64,000 nucleotides of DNA from Kiritimatiellia bacterium (GCA_050944835.1 JBMNRV010000004.1:12695-76694); one strand, 5' to 3'; counted from the first letter of the stretch, positions 1-10,542 are shown. Translations and numbers: made by a program. The notes: generated by a model from the sequence alone, not told the origin.

Positions 1-27
1 AAATGTAAAACGAAGGAATGATAGATC

Positions 28-1665
28 ATGTTGAAACTAAAAATACTATTGCTGTTTAGCGTGGCGTTTGGGTTGACATTTGCGCCGACTGCGCTCGCTG
101 ACCGTTACGTTGTCGAGCCGGGCACTCCCGGGGCAAATCCCGAATCGCCTTATGACTCCTGGGCCACAGCAGCGACCAACATTCAAGTAGCGGTGGGCGC
201 CGCCAGCGCCGGCGAAACGATTTGGGTCTCGAATGGCACTTATAAGGCTACCGGCGCCGGTACTCTTTTTGCGGGCGTCACCACCATGGTTCACCTTGCC
301 ACCAATGTCATATTGCGCAGCGTCAACGGTCCGGAAGTGACTATCCTGGATGGCGGCTATCCTGACATTACAAACCGTGTGATTTCTTTGAATCGCAACG
401 CAGCCTTATACGGCTTTACAGTCGTCAACGGACGTGCCGGGGGTGGCGGCGGGATTCTGATCGGCGACTATGGCGGCATAGTAAGCAATTGCGTGGTTTT
501 TAGTAACATCAGCGACAAAGCTCTGAATTCTGGAAAATACACTGGTGGCGGCGGCATATTTTCGTATGCAACCACCGGTACTGGGTATTTTTACAATTGC
601 TCAGTATATAATAACACTACCATAAGCAATAACGGAGGTGGCGCGTATTTTTCCGAGAATCTCATAGCAAGTCAGTGCGTTTTTTCCAACAATGCTACGG
701 ATGGCTATGGTGGCGGAGTTTATTTACTACAAGGCGCAACGGCTCTTGACGATTGCATTATCATTAATAACAGCAGCACAAATTCAGGAGCCGGGTTGTT
801 TGCTGCCTCTGGCGGCGCCGGTGCAATCATAAGCAAGTGTGTGATTTCAGGTAACACCGGAGATAGAGGCGCGGGATGTTTTCTGAACTCGCCCGTTGAA
901 TACTGTAAAATAATTAAGTGCAATATCAGCAACAATCAAGCTGCGCGTTGGGCTGGCGGGATAGAGAGTCAAAGCAGTAAGGTAATTTTGACAGATTGTC
1001 TGGTGGCAAACAATTCCGCACAGGAATATGCCGGCGGCATTCACTATAACGATTCTAAGGGGAATAATGTCGCTGAGATCATAAACTGCGTCATCCGTGA
1101 TAATAAAGTAAACGGAACATCCGGCGGCGCCGGCGCGTATCTTCGAGTAGGTTCATGCCGAATGGTTGGCTGCCTTGTGGTCAGCAATGTCATTACAAGC
1201 ACAAATTCCGGTGGCACCGGCGCAGGGATAAACATTCAATCGGCCGGTGCGATTTGTGAGAACAACACTGTTGTCGGAAATATAGTTTCAAACGGCTCCG
1301 GCGGCGGAATCTATATGTCGGGCGCTGGTCAGGTAATCAACACTGTCATCTACGGCAACACCGCGCTTACCAGGCCGGAATGGTATTCCACCGGAGCCGG
1401 AAGCTTTTCCAATTGCTGCACGGTAAATACCAACGGGATGAACGGCTCCGGCAATATTGCCGCCGATCCAAAGTTTGTGAATGCCGCTGTTGGCAACTAT
1501 CACTTATTGGCATCATCGCCCTGTGTCAACGCTGGAATAAATCAGGACTGGATGATCGCCGGCGTGGATTTGGATGGACGCCCGCGCCTGGATAGGTTTA
1601 CAAAACAGGTTGACATCGGATGCTATGAACGCTTGGCTAACGGCGTTTTATTCATGATGAAATAA
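28..1665 (+). CDS. Secreted right-handed parallel beta-helix repeat protein (pectate-lyase-like fold) with C-terminal DIGCYE (DxG[AC]YE) tail motif
   Basis: Typical signal peptide MLKLKILLLFSVAFGLTFAPTALA. Many Gly-rich beta-helix rungs (NxxGGGxY, GGGIYxSG). C-terminal 'VDIGCYE' resembles the DxGAYE tail of PVC-type beta-helix / choice-of-anchor proteins. Paralogous to the CDS at 45886-47484. Confidence 0.7.
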   Translation: MLKLKILLLFSVAFGLTFAPTALADRYVVEPGTPGANPESPYDSWATAATNIQVAVGAASAGETIWVSNGTYKATGAGTLFAGVTTMVHLATNVILRSVNGPEVTILDGGYPDITNRVISLNRNAALYGFTVVNGRAGGGGGILIGDYGGIVSNCVVFSNISDKALNSGKYTGGGGIFSYATTGTGYFYNCSVYNNTTISNNGGGAYFSENLIASQCVFSNNATDGYGGGVYLLQGATALDDCIIINNSSTNSGAGLFAASGGAGAIISKCVISGNTGDRGAGCFLNSPVEYCKIIKCNISNNQAARWAGGIESQSSKVILTDCLVANNSAQEYAGGIHYNDSKGNNVAEIINCVIRDNKVNGTSGGAGAYLRVGSCRMVGCLVVSNVITSTNSGGTGAGINIQSAGAICENNTVVGNIVSNGSGGGIYMSGAGQVINTVIYGNTALTRPEWYSTGAGSFSNCCTVNTNGMNGSGNIAADPKFVNAAVGNYHLLASSPCVNAGINQDWMIAGVDLDGRPRLDRFTKQVDIGCYERLANGVLFMMK

Positions 1666-1666
1666 A

Positions 1667-1700
1667 CCAGAAGGGGGATCACTATTCTCCTTCTGTTCAT
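1667..1700 (+). terminator. Hairpin (7-bp stem cagaagg/ccttctg) followed by a T-rich run; putative intrinsic terminator of the beta-helix gene
   Basis: Stem-loop seen directly 2 nt after the stop codon. Followed by ttcatctttgtgg. Confidence 0.4.
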
Positions 1701-2081
1701 CTTTGTGGCCAATTCCCCTCCTCCCCCTTGCTCTCTTTACGGTAGGCGCTGAGAGATTTCCGGCAAACACGCCTAAATGCGCGGCTGAAGGGAGGCACCA
1801 TGGTCATATACACACTCTCTGAGTCCGTAATGAATAATATCGGCACGTCATGCATTACAGAGGATTAAACGAAGATTATTAAATGGGACATGGGGCCAAC
1901 AAGTGTAATCAGGTGTTAAATAAAATGTACTCCCTGCTATGGACGTTGATGCATAGATAATCTAGTATGACGCTATTAAGTTGAGTTTAGTATTTGCTGT
2001 CGCTTATCCGTGGTTAGCAACAACTAGATGCACGGGTTAAATGCTATCACGGGCGGGCATAACAAGCACAGGAGGTTCTGA

Positions 2082-5000
2082 ATGACCAACCGAAGCATAC
2101 GTAAAGCAATAGCCGGTGTCAAAATATACACAGTGATGTTGGTTGCTCTGGCCTTAGGCGCCGTTTGTCTAAACGGGGGTGAAGCCGATATAACGTATTT
2201 TATGTGCATAGGGCAGTCCATGACTTTGGGTGAAATGGCATCGGCCGGCATCAATACCATTAGCCATGTGCCGTTCTATCCGGATTTTGCCAAGGAAGCA
2301 GCGGGGAAATACGGAATTCGCGTATGTCCATACGTTGATATGTGGAAAGTTGTGACCTCTTCCGGTGACGCCTTACTGTTGAATAACCCCTATTGGCGGG
2401 AAGTGGACGCCGATACCACACATCATCCGGAGTGGTTGATGATAGATGAAAACGGCAAAGTCAAGCGCCCTTACTGGGACACTTATCATCCTGGCTTTCA
2501 GCGGTCATGCACCAGACATCAGTCGCTGACAGAAGCGCAGATACGCGGAGTGCTCAACCATCTTTCCAACGGTTGTGGCGGTGTTTTTATTGACAATGCA
2601 GGGCTTGCAGATCACTTTTGCTGGGGCGAGAAATATAAACTACATGACCATCCCTGGCCAAAACCGGGTGGCGATGGATCGAATCGGCGCGCCAAGGAAA
2701 TGGTTTTCCAAGCCATTAAGCAATTCGATCCCGACAAGTTGTGCATCATTAATACCAGAGCTTCCGGCGATATGCGTACGGTATCCGATGCGTATATGAG
2801 GGAGTCGTATATATATGCAAGCGTACAACGGCCGGGCACGGGCAATTTAGCGGATCGGCGCGCTTGGTTGAACCGAAATCGTGATTGGAAACAATTTTCA
2901 GAGGAACGTGCAATGTTTACCCGGGCTTTCGAGAGAGGTCGGCCGGTATGCCAGAATTTTTTCCACGATCCCTGCACGGATGACGAAGCGGCCTTTCATT
3001 CCTTTGTCTGGAGCAAGCTGTGGCACCCCAGCATAATCTGGTGTGCGGCGTTGCATTATTGGTACACAGGCTTTGCTGACTGCCTGGCACGTACGGATGC
3101 GATGCGCGTGTTATATCGCATTCATAATAGTTTGGGCGACCCGCTCGGTGAGCCGGCGGTGACTGAAGAGTGGGGATACCGCTGGTTTGATAATGCTTGT
3201 CTGGTCATTAACGGTGTAAATATGGCGCAGACGCTGAAAGTGCCGGTTGATTCATCCGCCGCAGCTCTGGGAGAATTGTTCACCGGCGAAGAATTGACTA
3301 TCCAAAATGGGAGTGTGGTCCTTGATATGCCGCCGCAGACTGGGCGGATTATTATGCCCATTTCCAGTATTTTGAGCAATTATCTGTGTGAAATCCGCAT
3401 GGAAGCAGAGACCATAAGACGTTATCTGCAAGCCGAACAAACAGCCGGCAATCAGGCGCTGTTAGCGTTGCCGGCAACGCTGGAATGTTTGCGTGGCATA
3501 GAACAATCTGCGGATATGATGCTTGCCGCCGATTCACAGGCGCCTGATATGCTTGATGACGCAATCAACATGGCGGCGGCGGCGCAGAGTCTGGATGCGA
3601 ATGGCATGTTGCAAGAGCCTGCCCATCGCCTGTTGAATGAAGCGCGGAATCTGACAACGGAAGACATAAAGGGTTTTTTGCGTCTGACCAATTGCGCGCC
3701 GGCCAGCATCGAAATCTTTCGCGGGGGAACGAATGGAGAAGCTATTAAGATGTTCATGCGGTCGGCTATGGTATCTTTTACGCCATTTACACATAATCTG
3801 ACGGCATTTTTGCCTTTTGGCGAAGATGCCGCATACAACTTGCATGTCGGCCAGATATTCGGTTTTGGTGCTTCCGGCGAGACGAGGTTGAACTGGAACA
3901 AGCGGAAGCATGCCCGCCTTTTGATACCAGCGTTGCCGGGAATTGATGTGAAGGATGTTTATTTGCGCCCGGACGGCTTTTTAGCTGTTCGCAAAACCGT
4001 GGATACTCCCGCGCGCCAGGAAATTGAGGCGGAAATTGCGCTGGCGGGGCATACTTCCAATAAGCGTATTGACAATTACCGCCTTTTGATGAAGGCGGGC
4101 TTGGAAACGGGCTTGCCATTTTTGAATCTTGAATTTTGTGTGGTGGATGATGAAAAACAGATCTGCGAAGCGGAACTGCGTTTCGATGCCGGGCGTTATC
4201 CGATGCAAGTTGATTCCGTGCATGGGGCAGCGCCTGTGCAGGAACGAAACGATCAACACCTGGAATGGGTGTACTTCATGTCCAATCCTCAGGATCGCTG
4301 GGGGGTGTTGTTTTTAGGGGATAAGCTTAATTTCAGTCAAAACACATTGCTCGGCAAAGGGCAATTGAAGTTTGCTGTTGCGCCTTTGGTCGCACGCGCA
4401 GGGCCTTTTCTTGAGGAACGCATCCGTAATATCCGGGACTATAGCAGCCGTGTTCTGTCTTTGACTTCCGGCATGTACCTTAAGCTTGTGGCTCCCGATG
4501 AGTTTTGGCTAGATGCGACCAATAATAGTTTCCAGTCGGTTTTTATTGGCTGTTCGAACTATACGATAACATCGCTGGAGTTTGCGCCGGAGGTGGGAGC
4601 GCTGGGCATGCGCAAGGATATGGCAAGGCCGATTGGCAATGTTGCAATCACTCGCACAATCATCCGCGAACAGGACAACGCGGCCGATTTTGTTTTTGAA
4701 ACGCCGGAAGGATATGAGGAAAATGACTTTATATCCGTTCGCTGCCGCGCCACGGCGACCTTGGATTTCGGCAAGCGATTGGTTTTTGAGCGGTACCTTT
4801 CCCGGCGGCTCAAGTATTCGTTTAATGCCACCCCCCCAGTTGCGATAGAACCATTGCCGGAAGGCGGCGTAAAGTTCGCAATGAAAATAAAAACAGGCGC
4901 TCCATTGACGGGAGCAGTCCATTTTGCGATGTCCAATGCCGCGTATCAGGTTCGACCCGATCAGATGGATATTTCGCTCGACGCCAATACCGAGAGATTT

Positions 5001-5699
5001 TTGGAATTCGATGTTGCGGCGCCAAGCATTATGCCGAATCAAGCGCCGGTCCATGGCGCGGCAAAATTGGATTTACCCGCTAAAACCTTGACATTCCCTT
5101 TTGAAGTTAAATGCTCACCGGTCATCAATATTCGTGCATTGGATGCTAAAATTGTTGTGGATGGCGAATTTAACGAACCGGCTTGGGAAGATGCGGAATG
5201 TGCGGGAGATTTTGTTAATGCCACGGACGGCGCACCAGCGGCAAAGCGCACGGAAGCGCGCACGTTTTATACGTCCAATGCGTTATATATTGGATTTAAG
5301 TGTTACGACGAGAAAATGAAACTCAAAGTGGACTGCGCCAGATCAAACAGTGAATTCAACGATTTGGCGCTGAAAGACGACAGCATCGAAATTTACGTGC
5401 GTGCCGCTCCACGAGACGAATCAACTGATCAATATCAATATGTGCGCTTTGCATGTAATAGTGACTGTGTAAAGCGCGAAAGAGGCCCGAGTTGGAATGT
5501 GGCGGCAGCCAGGAAGGCGGACCACTGGACAGTGGAAGTGGAAATCCCGTTTAAGTCGCTTGGCGCCGTGCCGCGCCAAAGTGATTTCTGGGGCATCAAT
5601 TTTTGCCGTAATAATCCAGGATTGCCTTCCAGCTCATGGTCATATACGCATGGTACTTTTGCCAACCCTAAATTTTTTGGATGGGCCAGGTTTGAGTGA
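2082..5699 (+). CDS. Large secreted carbohydrate-active protein (1205 aa): N-terminal glycoside-hydrolase-like region of uncertain family, C-terminal CBM9-like carbohydrate-binding domain
   Basis: AGGAGG RBS 6 nt upstream and a signal peptide. C-terminal ~200 aa (DGEFNEPAWEDAECAGDF...TSNALYIGFKCYDE...WGINFCRNNP) matches the CBM9-like domain pattern. The N-terminal family could not be assigned by eye. Confidence 0.55.
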   Translation: MTNRSIRKAIAGVKIYTVMLVALALGAVCLNGGEADITYFMCIGQSMTLGEMASAGINTISHVPFYPDFAKEAAGKYGIRVCPYVDMWKVVTSSGDALLLNNPYWREVDADTTHHPEWLMIDENGKVKRPYWDTYHPGFQRSCTRHQSLTEAQIRGVLNHLSNGCGGVFIDNAGLADHFCWGEKYKLHDHPWPKPGGDGSNRRAKEMVFQAIKQFDPDKLCIINTRASGDMRTVSDAYMRESYIYASVQRPGTGNLADRRAWLNRNRDWKQFSEERAMFTRAFERGRPVCQNFFHDPCTDDEAAFHSFVWSKLWHPSIIWCAALHYWYTGFADCLARTDAMRVLYRIHNSLGDPLGEPAVTEEWGYRWFDNACLVINGVNMAQTLKVPVDSSAAALGELFTGEELTIQNGSVVLDMPPQTGRIIMPISSILSNYLCEIRMEAETIRRYLQAEQTAGNQALLALPATLECLRGIEQSADMMLAADSQAPDMLDDAINMAAAAQSLDANGMLQEPAHRLLNEARNLTTEDIKGFLRLTNCAPASIEIFRGGTNGEAIKMFMRSAMVSFTPFTHNLTAFLPFGEDAAYNLHVGQIFGFGASGETRLNWNKRKHARLLIPALPGIDVKDVYLRPDGFLAVRKTVDTPARQEIEAEIALAGHTSNKRIDNYRLLMKAGLETGLPFLNLEFCVVDDEKQICEAELRFDAGRYPMQVDSVHGAAPVQERNDQHLEWVYFMSNPQDRWGVLFLGDKLNFSQNTLLGKGQLKFAVAPLVARAGPFLEERIRNIRDYSSRVLSLTSGMYLKLVAPDEFWLDATNNSFQSVFIGCSNYTITSLEFAPEVGALGMRKDMARPIGNVAITRTIIREQDNAADFVFETPEGYEENDFISVRCRATATLDFGKRLVFERYLSRRLKYSFNATPPVAIEPLPEGGVKFAMKIKTGAPLTGAVHFAMSNAAYQVRPDQMDISLDANTERFLEFDVAAPSIMPNQAPVHGAAKLDLPAKTLTFPFEVKCSPVINIRALDAKIVVDGEFNEPAWEDAECAGDFVNATDGAPAAKRTEARTFYTSNALYIGFKCYDEKMKLKVDCARSNSEFNDLALKDDSIEIYVRAAPRDESTDQYQYVRFACNSDCVKRERGPSWNVAAARKADHWTVEVEIPFKSLGAVPRQSDFWGINFCRNNPGLPSSSWSYTHGTFANPKFFGWARFE

Positions 5700-5718
5700 T
5701 GTGATTTGGACATAATGT

Positions 5719-5750
5719 GGGCAGGCGGATTTATATAAATCCGCCCGCCC
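5719..5750. terminator. Near-perfect 15-bp inverted repeat (gggcaggcggattta / taaatccgcccgccc) 20 nt after the stop of the 1205-aa gene; terminator-like stem-loop without a U-tract
   Basis: 14 of 15 bp are complementary around a tttatataaa centre. No downstream T-run, so rho-independent function is uncertain. Confidence 0.4.
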
Positions 5751-5794
5751 ACAATAATAACCCTCTGCGTCGTTATGTAATTAAAAGGAGGTGC

Positions 5795-5893
5795 ATGTTA
5801 AAACAAAAGACCGGAACTGAACTTTTAGAAACCAACGTGAATTTATTAAGAAATAACGGCCTTTTTAGGATAAATATTCATCCTATGGGATGA
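5795..5893 (+). CDS. Putative 32-aa upstream ORF / leader peptide (MLKQKTGTELLETNVNLLRNNGLFRINIHPMG) with a strong SD, ending 8 nt before the GH109-like gene
   Basis: AAAGGAGG lies 5 nt upstream of the ATG. The stop TGA is at 5891-5893, immediately before the ATG at 5901. Confidence 0.3.
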   Translation: MLKQKTGTELLETNVNLLRNNGLFRINIHPMG

Positions 5894-5900
5894 GACTGAA

Positions 5901-7304
5901 ATGAGTAAAAACAATTACAACCGTAAAGATTTTTTAAAACAATCTGGAATTACAGGCACAGGACTCACAAGTTGCTCATCGAACACAGAAAAACCAAAAA
6001 CTCAGAATCGGGCACAAACCTTCAATATGTCTGGTTTTGTTGCACCAAAGCTTGATGTAGTCAGAGTCGCTGTTATAGGACTAGGGGATCGTGGGCCGGG
6101 GACAGTCAGAAGACTTGCAACTATTGAAGGTGTTGAAATCAAAGCCCTCTGTGATTTAGAAGCAGACAGAGTTAGCAAAACAGTTGAGTCAATCAAACAT
6201 TTGGGACACACACCGGATTCATATTCGGGTGGTGAAAATGAATGGAAAAAGATTTGTGAACGGTCCGATATTGACCTGATAGCTGTAGTTACGCCTTGGC
6301 GCCTGCATACGCCTATTTGTGTGTATGCTATGGAGAATGGTAAACATACATATACAGAGTTGCCGGCAGCTTTGACGATTGACGAGTGCTGGCAATTAGT
6401 GGAGACGTCAGAAAGAACCCGCAAGTATTGCGTTCAAATGTCCGGGAATTGTCACAGCGGCACTTCAGCAGTTGTTCTCAATATGGCCAGAAAAGGGTAC
6501 TTTGGGGATATTATCCATGGCGAAGGCGCTTACATACATGATCTGACGCGTTATCTATTCGATAAAGAAATGTATCACAATATGTGGCGTCTTAAAGAAA
6601 ACACCAATAGAAGCGGGTGCCTTTATCCTCAACATGGGCTAGTGCCCATCATTCAAATGATGGATATAAACTACGGAGATAAAATGGATTATCTTACATC
6701 CATATCAAGTAATGATTTTACAATGGCAAAAACAGCTGGAGAGCTTGCTTTAAACGATGACTTCTTTAAGCCCTGCGTGGGCAAAAATTACAACGGTAAT
6801 ATAAACATAACGACCATACGCACTAATAATGGCCGCACAATTATGATACAGCACGATGTAACTTCCCCCCGGCCAAATGTCAGGTTTAGCTTAATAAGCG
6901 GCACGAAAGCTATATACAAGGCTCCTGATAAAATTGCAACAAGTCATGCTGGCTGGTTGCCTGATGAAGAATTTAAAGCGCTAATCGAAAAATATACTCC
7001 GGAAATTACCAAAAGGTTCGATGAGCTTACTAAACAAGCAAAACAGATTGACAACAGGGGATATTACAAAGTAATGCCGACCGACTGGAGATTGATTGAT
7101 TGTCTCCGAAATGGGCTGCCAATGGATATGGATGTATATGAAGCAGCGGTTTCAAGCGCTATAATTCCATTGAGCATTGAGTCTGTAGCAAATAGATCAA
7201 ACTCAGTTGACGTTCCAGATTTTACTTGCGGATCATGGAAGACCAATCCAAGAGGGATGGACATTAACTTAGAAAGAGGCGGGGGAACTACAAAACTTCT
7301 CTAG
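5901..7304 (+). CDS. Gfo/Idh/MocA-family NAD-binding enzyme with TAT-like signal; GH109-like (alpha-N-acetylgalactosaminidase-type) candidate
   Basis: N-terminus 'NRKDFLKQSGITGTGL' is a twin-arginine-like (RK variant) signal, followed by the Rossmann motif VRVAVIGLGDRG. This architecture is typical of GH109 enzymes and of Gfo/Idh/MocA oxidoreductases. Confidence 0.7.
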   Translation: MSKNNYNRKDFLKQSGITGTGLTSCSSNTEKPKTQNRAQTFNMSGFVAPKLDVVRVAVIGLGDRGPGTVRRLATIEGVEIKALCDLEADRVSKTVESIKHLGHTPDSYSGGENEWKKICERSDIDLIAVVTPWRLHTPICVYAMENGKHTYTELPAALTIDECWQLVETSERTRKYCVQMSGNCHSGTSAVVLNMARKGYFGDIIHGEGAYIHDLTRYLFDKEMYHNMWRLKENTNRSGCLYPQHGLVPIIQMMDINYGDKMDYLTSISSNDFTMAKTAGELALNDDFFKPCVGKNYNGNINITTIRTNNGRTIMIQHDVTSPRPNVRFSLISGTKAIYKAPDKIATSHAGWLPDEEFKALIEKYTPEITKRFDELTKQAKQIDNRGYYKVMPTDWRLIDCLRNGLPMDMDVYEAAVSSAIIPLSIESVANRSNSVDVPDFTCGSWKTNPRGMDINLERGGGTTKLL

Positions 7305-7442
7305 AACAGACTTATTTTTAGGCTGAATACCATCCTGAGGGATAACACTGATTATTAATCACTGTCATCCCATAGGGAAGTTGAGCAACATTTATCAGCT
7401 TGACCTTAATAATATTGTGTTAGGAGTCATGTCAACAGAAAA

Positions 7443-8375
7443 ATGACTAAATTTTTGGCGAAACCCGCGGTAAAAATCATCGTTTCTGACGCCGGTCTAG
7501 GCGGCCTCTCTGTTTGTGCGGAATTGGCGCAACTCCTGGAACGCCGAGGCGATTTCGAAGTGGCGGATATAGTTTACTTTAATGCCTGCCCAGACCTCCA
7601 TCTGGGATATGACATATTGCCAAACATGGCGGAAAGAACCCGCGTTTTCAACTGTGCACTGGAAGGCATGCAACGACTAAATCCCGACGCCATCCTGATT
7701 GCCTGCAATACGCTATCGGTTATGTATGAAAACACGCCTTTTAGCCGCAAGGTCGCCATCCCGGTCGTAGATATCGTTGGCTTCGGCGTCGATCTGATTC
7801 AGAATTATCTACAAACGACACCTGCCGGACAAGCGATTATATTCGGCACCCCAACCACCATCGAAGCCAATACACATCTTAGGCAATTGATCGCACGCGG
7901 CGTAGATTCCCAGCGGATTGTCTGCCAACCATGCCCACAGTTGCCCGATAAAATTGAAAATGGACCTGAGCGGCCGCCGGCAACCGATATGATCGAGAAT
8001 TATGTCCGTAAAGCTGTCGCGCGCCTACCCGATCGGCGGCAACCGCTGGCGGCGGCGCTATGCTGCACACACTTCGGCTACAGTCGAAAACCCTTCGTAC
8101 AGAGTTTGGCGCGCCACATCCACTCACCTATAACCATCCTGAATCCCAACAGCGCCATGAGCGCATGTCTGACGGGGCCAGGCAACGGCAAAGCTCCAAT
8201 TAAGCCGTGCATAAATGTGTCCATGCTGTCTAAATACAATTTCCCCGAGGAAAAAATCCTGCCCATTAGCCAAATATTGGCGCCGATTTCTCAAGCTACA
8301 GCCGACGCTCTGAAACACTACCGCTACGATCCCGCATTGTTTGAATTTAAAACAACAGTATCCTGTGGAAAATAA
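7443..8375 (+). CDS. Asp/Glu/hydantoin racemase family protein (glutamate racemase-like)
   Basis: IIVSDAGLGGLSV resembles the MurI motif IGVFDSGVGGLTV. ILIACNTLS and CTHFGY correspond to the two catalytic-Cys regions. At 310 aa it is longer than a canonical MurI. Confidence 0.55.
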   Translation: MTKFLAKPAVKIIVSDAGLGGLSVCAELAQLLERRGDFEVADIVYFNACPDLHLGYDILPNMAERTRVFNCALEGMQRLNPDAILIACNTLSVMYENTPFSRKVAIPVVDIVGFGVDLIQNYLQTTPAGQAIIFGTPTTIEANTHLRQLIARGVDSQRIVCQPCPQLPDKIENGPERPPATDMIENYVRKAVARLPDRRQPLAAALCCTHFGYSRKPFVQSLARHIHSPITILNPNSAMSACLTGPGNGKAPIKPCINVSMLSKYNFPEEKILPISQILAPISQATADALKHYRYDPALFEFKTTVSCGK

Positions 8376-8737
8376 CAAAGCAGGAATAATCCTTGCTATT
8401 ATCATAATTAAAAGGACATGATGAATTAACGCCACTAGCATCCCCCCTAGCCTGCCATCATCCCCCCTCTGCCTGAGCGAATGTGATGTGTATAACGGCG
8501 GCAAATTACCACGATTGGCGTTTGCCCGAGCGCTATGTCGCCAAGCTTAGCGAGCGCATCTATTTCCAAACACAACGAGGTCTATTCGTAAAGAAAGAAT
8601 GTGGTGGAATCCACTTCCGGCTTGACTTTTTCATAGAGTTAACTTAAAAGTCTAGCCAATAAACACGGCGGCGGTCCGCCTTTTTAAAAAAAACGAAGCG
8701 CACAGTATAGACGTATCTGAAACTTCAGGAGAATCCC

Positions 8738-9367
8738 ATGCACAAGAAAGATCAAATCATCAACCGCTTGATTGCACTGACGCTCGCCGCCACCATGGCT
8801 GGTATGACCGGATGCGCAATGTTTCGCATTAAAGTAGCCGAAACTGACGTAGATGATATGCCGACGCTGGATGCCCGCTACGGCGCCCAGGATTTGCGCA
8901 AATTGAGCCAGGAAGTGGCCGATGAATTGGCGTCCGGCAAATTCCTCCAGGAACAAGCTGGCAATCCGATAATGATCATTTACGGTATTCAGCCCCGCAC
9001 TACCACGTTTGTTGATACTCAAGCTCTGACTGACCGCATTAAAACCACATTGCTGCAAACATCAAATGTGCAGTTTGTTAATGAAGCCCGGCGCGACCAA
9101 CTTCTCAAGGAACAAGGTTATCAGGCGGCACATGCTACGGATGAGACCCGCGTTTCCATTGGGAAACAGGCCGGCGCGAAATATATGCTCACCGGCGCGC
9201 TGGTGGAGATGGAAAAACGCACCGGCAAACAGGTACGGGTTTCCAAAACTGAGTTGATGTATTACCAGTTGACGGTTGATGTCACGGATTTGGAATCCGG
9301 CCTGATCGTCTGGTCCACCACTAAGGAATTCGCACGCCAGGCACGCAAGCCTTTGATCGGCTGGTAA
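8738..9367 (+). CDS. Lipoprotein, LpoB-like (COG3417, penicillin-binding-protein activator family) candidate
   Basis: Lipobox AGMTGC and a GGAG RBS. Segments VDTQALTDRIKTTLLQ..VQFVN, KYMLTGALVEME and LTVDVTDLESGLIVWS parallel E. coli LpoB C-domain motifs recalled from memory. Confidence 0.5.
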   Translation: MHKKDQIINRLIALTLAATMAGMTGCAMFRIKVAETDVDDMPTLDARYGAQDLRKLSQEVADELASGKFLQEQAGNPIMIIYGIQPRTTTFVDTQALTDRIKTTLLQTSNVQFVNEARRDQLLKEQGYQAAHATDETRVSIGKQAGAKYMLTGALVEMEKRTGKQVRVSKTELMYYQLTVDVTDLESGLIVWSTTKEFARQARKPLIGW

Positions 9368-9382
9368 TCGGTGTATGTGTTT

Positions 9383-10540
9383 ATGAAGCAGTTCTGCCAG
9401 GCCTGCGGACGTGTCGCCCAGCCTGCCGCTCTCCTGTACGGCTTGGCGCTGACGCTGCTGGTCGGCTGTAAAACACCGCCACTATACCAAGCCCGTACGG
9501 ATTTCTACGCCGGCCAACCGGAAAGCGCGGAACAGCTATTGTTGGAAATCCCGGCGGAAAACAAGGACGAAGTCCTCTTCCTGATGGAACGCGGCATGAT
9601 ACGTCACGTTCTCCGGGAGTATGATGCCAGCTCCGACGATTGGCGGCGCGCCGCCGATCGGGGAGACTGCCTTGAGACTTACAGCCTCACTCACGGCGCC
9701 ACCAGCCTGGTCAGCAACGATCGTGCATTGCCGTTTCGTGGCGCGCCGTTTGAAATGACGCTGTTATACTCATTCCTCGCCAAAAATTATATTGCACAGC
9801 AGAATTGGGATTACGCCGCCATCTGCGCGCGTAATATTATCAAACGCCTGGAGGACCTTAACGGCTTTCCGGACATTGCATACAGCCGGTATATTGCCGG
9901 CCTCTGCCTGGCGCTTATAAACGACACCGGCAACGCAGCCATCCAGTTCCGCGCCGCGAACGAGCTGTTGGAAGATTTTCAATTGGACCCGGAAACCGGC
10001 CGTATACTCGCTAGCACCAACACGCCGCCTGCAGCGTACAAGGGACAGGAACTAGTGGTTTTCATAGGCATGGGGCGCATGCCGCCGGGTTATGATTCTT
10101 ACGAGGATGACGACGAAGCCCCGCCCGTGGCAGAAATTTTCGCCGGTAACCGACGGCTGGGCGAAGCCCGCATATTTAACAATACAGCAAGCTTGCTGAC
10201 AGACACCAAAGCGCGCATGGCCGCCCTTCAACTAGCCAAAGATGCGGCCCGGATTGCCGCAAAAGAAATGATTGCCTCCTCAGTCGAAACTAACAACGAG
10301 GCTTTGGGCGACCTGATACGCATCATCCTGTTCGCCATGGAGATGCCGGATGAACGCCGCTGGGAGACACTGCCACGCTGGTTGGCCATCGCCCGTGTCC
10401 CCTGCCCCTCTGACATCCAGAGTTATACTGTGGTCTTCAACAACGGCGCCGCAAGCAAAACCATTTCCCAGCCGTTGATCCGCCGCGGCAATATCCTGAT
10501 TTCATTCTGCCGCGACCTGCATTTCAGCGAATCAGAGTAA
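9383..10540 (+). CDS. Hypothetical lipoprotein (helical/TPR-like?)
   Basis: The ATG at 9383 gives MKQFCQ...LLVGC with a lipobox (the listed ORF start at 9371 is GTG). No recognisable catalytic motifs. Confidence 0.5.
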   Translation: MKQFCQACGRVAQPAALLYGLALTLLVGCKTPPLYQARTDFYAGQPESAEQLLLEIPAENKDEVLFLMERGMIRHVLREYDASSDDWRRAADRGDCLETYSLTHGATSLVSNDRALPFRGAPFEMTLLYSFLAKNYIAQQNWDYAAICARNIIKRLEDLNGFPDIAYSRYIAGLCLALINDTGNAAIQFRAANELLEDFQLDPETGRILASTNTPPAAYKGQELVVFIGMGRMPPGYDSYEDDDEAPPVAEIFAGNRRLGEARIFNNTASLLTDTKARMAALQLAKDAARIAAKEMIASSVETNNEALGDLIRIILFAMEMPDERRWETLPRWLAIARVPCPSDIQSYTVVFNNGAASKTISQPLIRRGNILISFCRDLHFSESE

Positions 10541-10542
10541 CG

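Noticed and set aside
1666-2081. 416-bp intergenic region scanned for tRNA/ncRNA
   Set aside because: No tRNA-like T-arm (GTTCRANNC) or conserved riboswitch core was recognised, and none was found elsewhere in the window.
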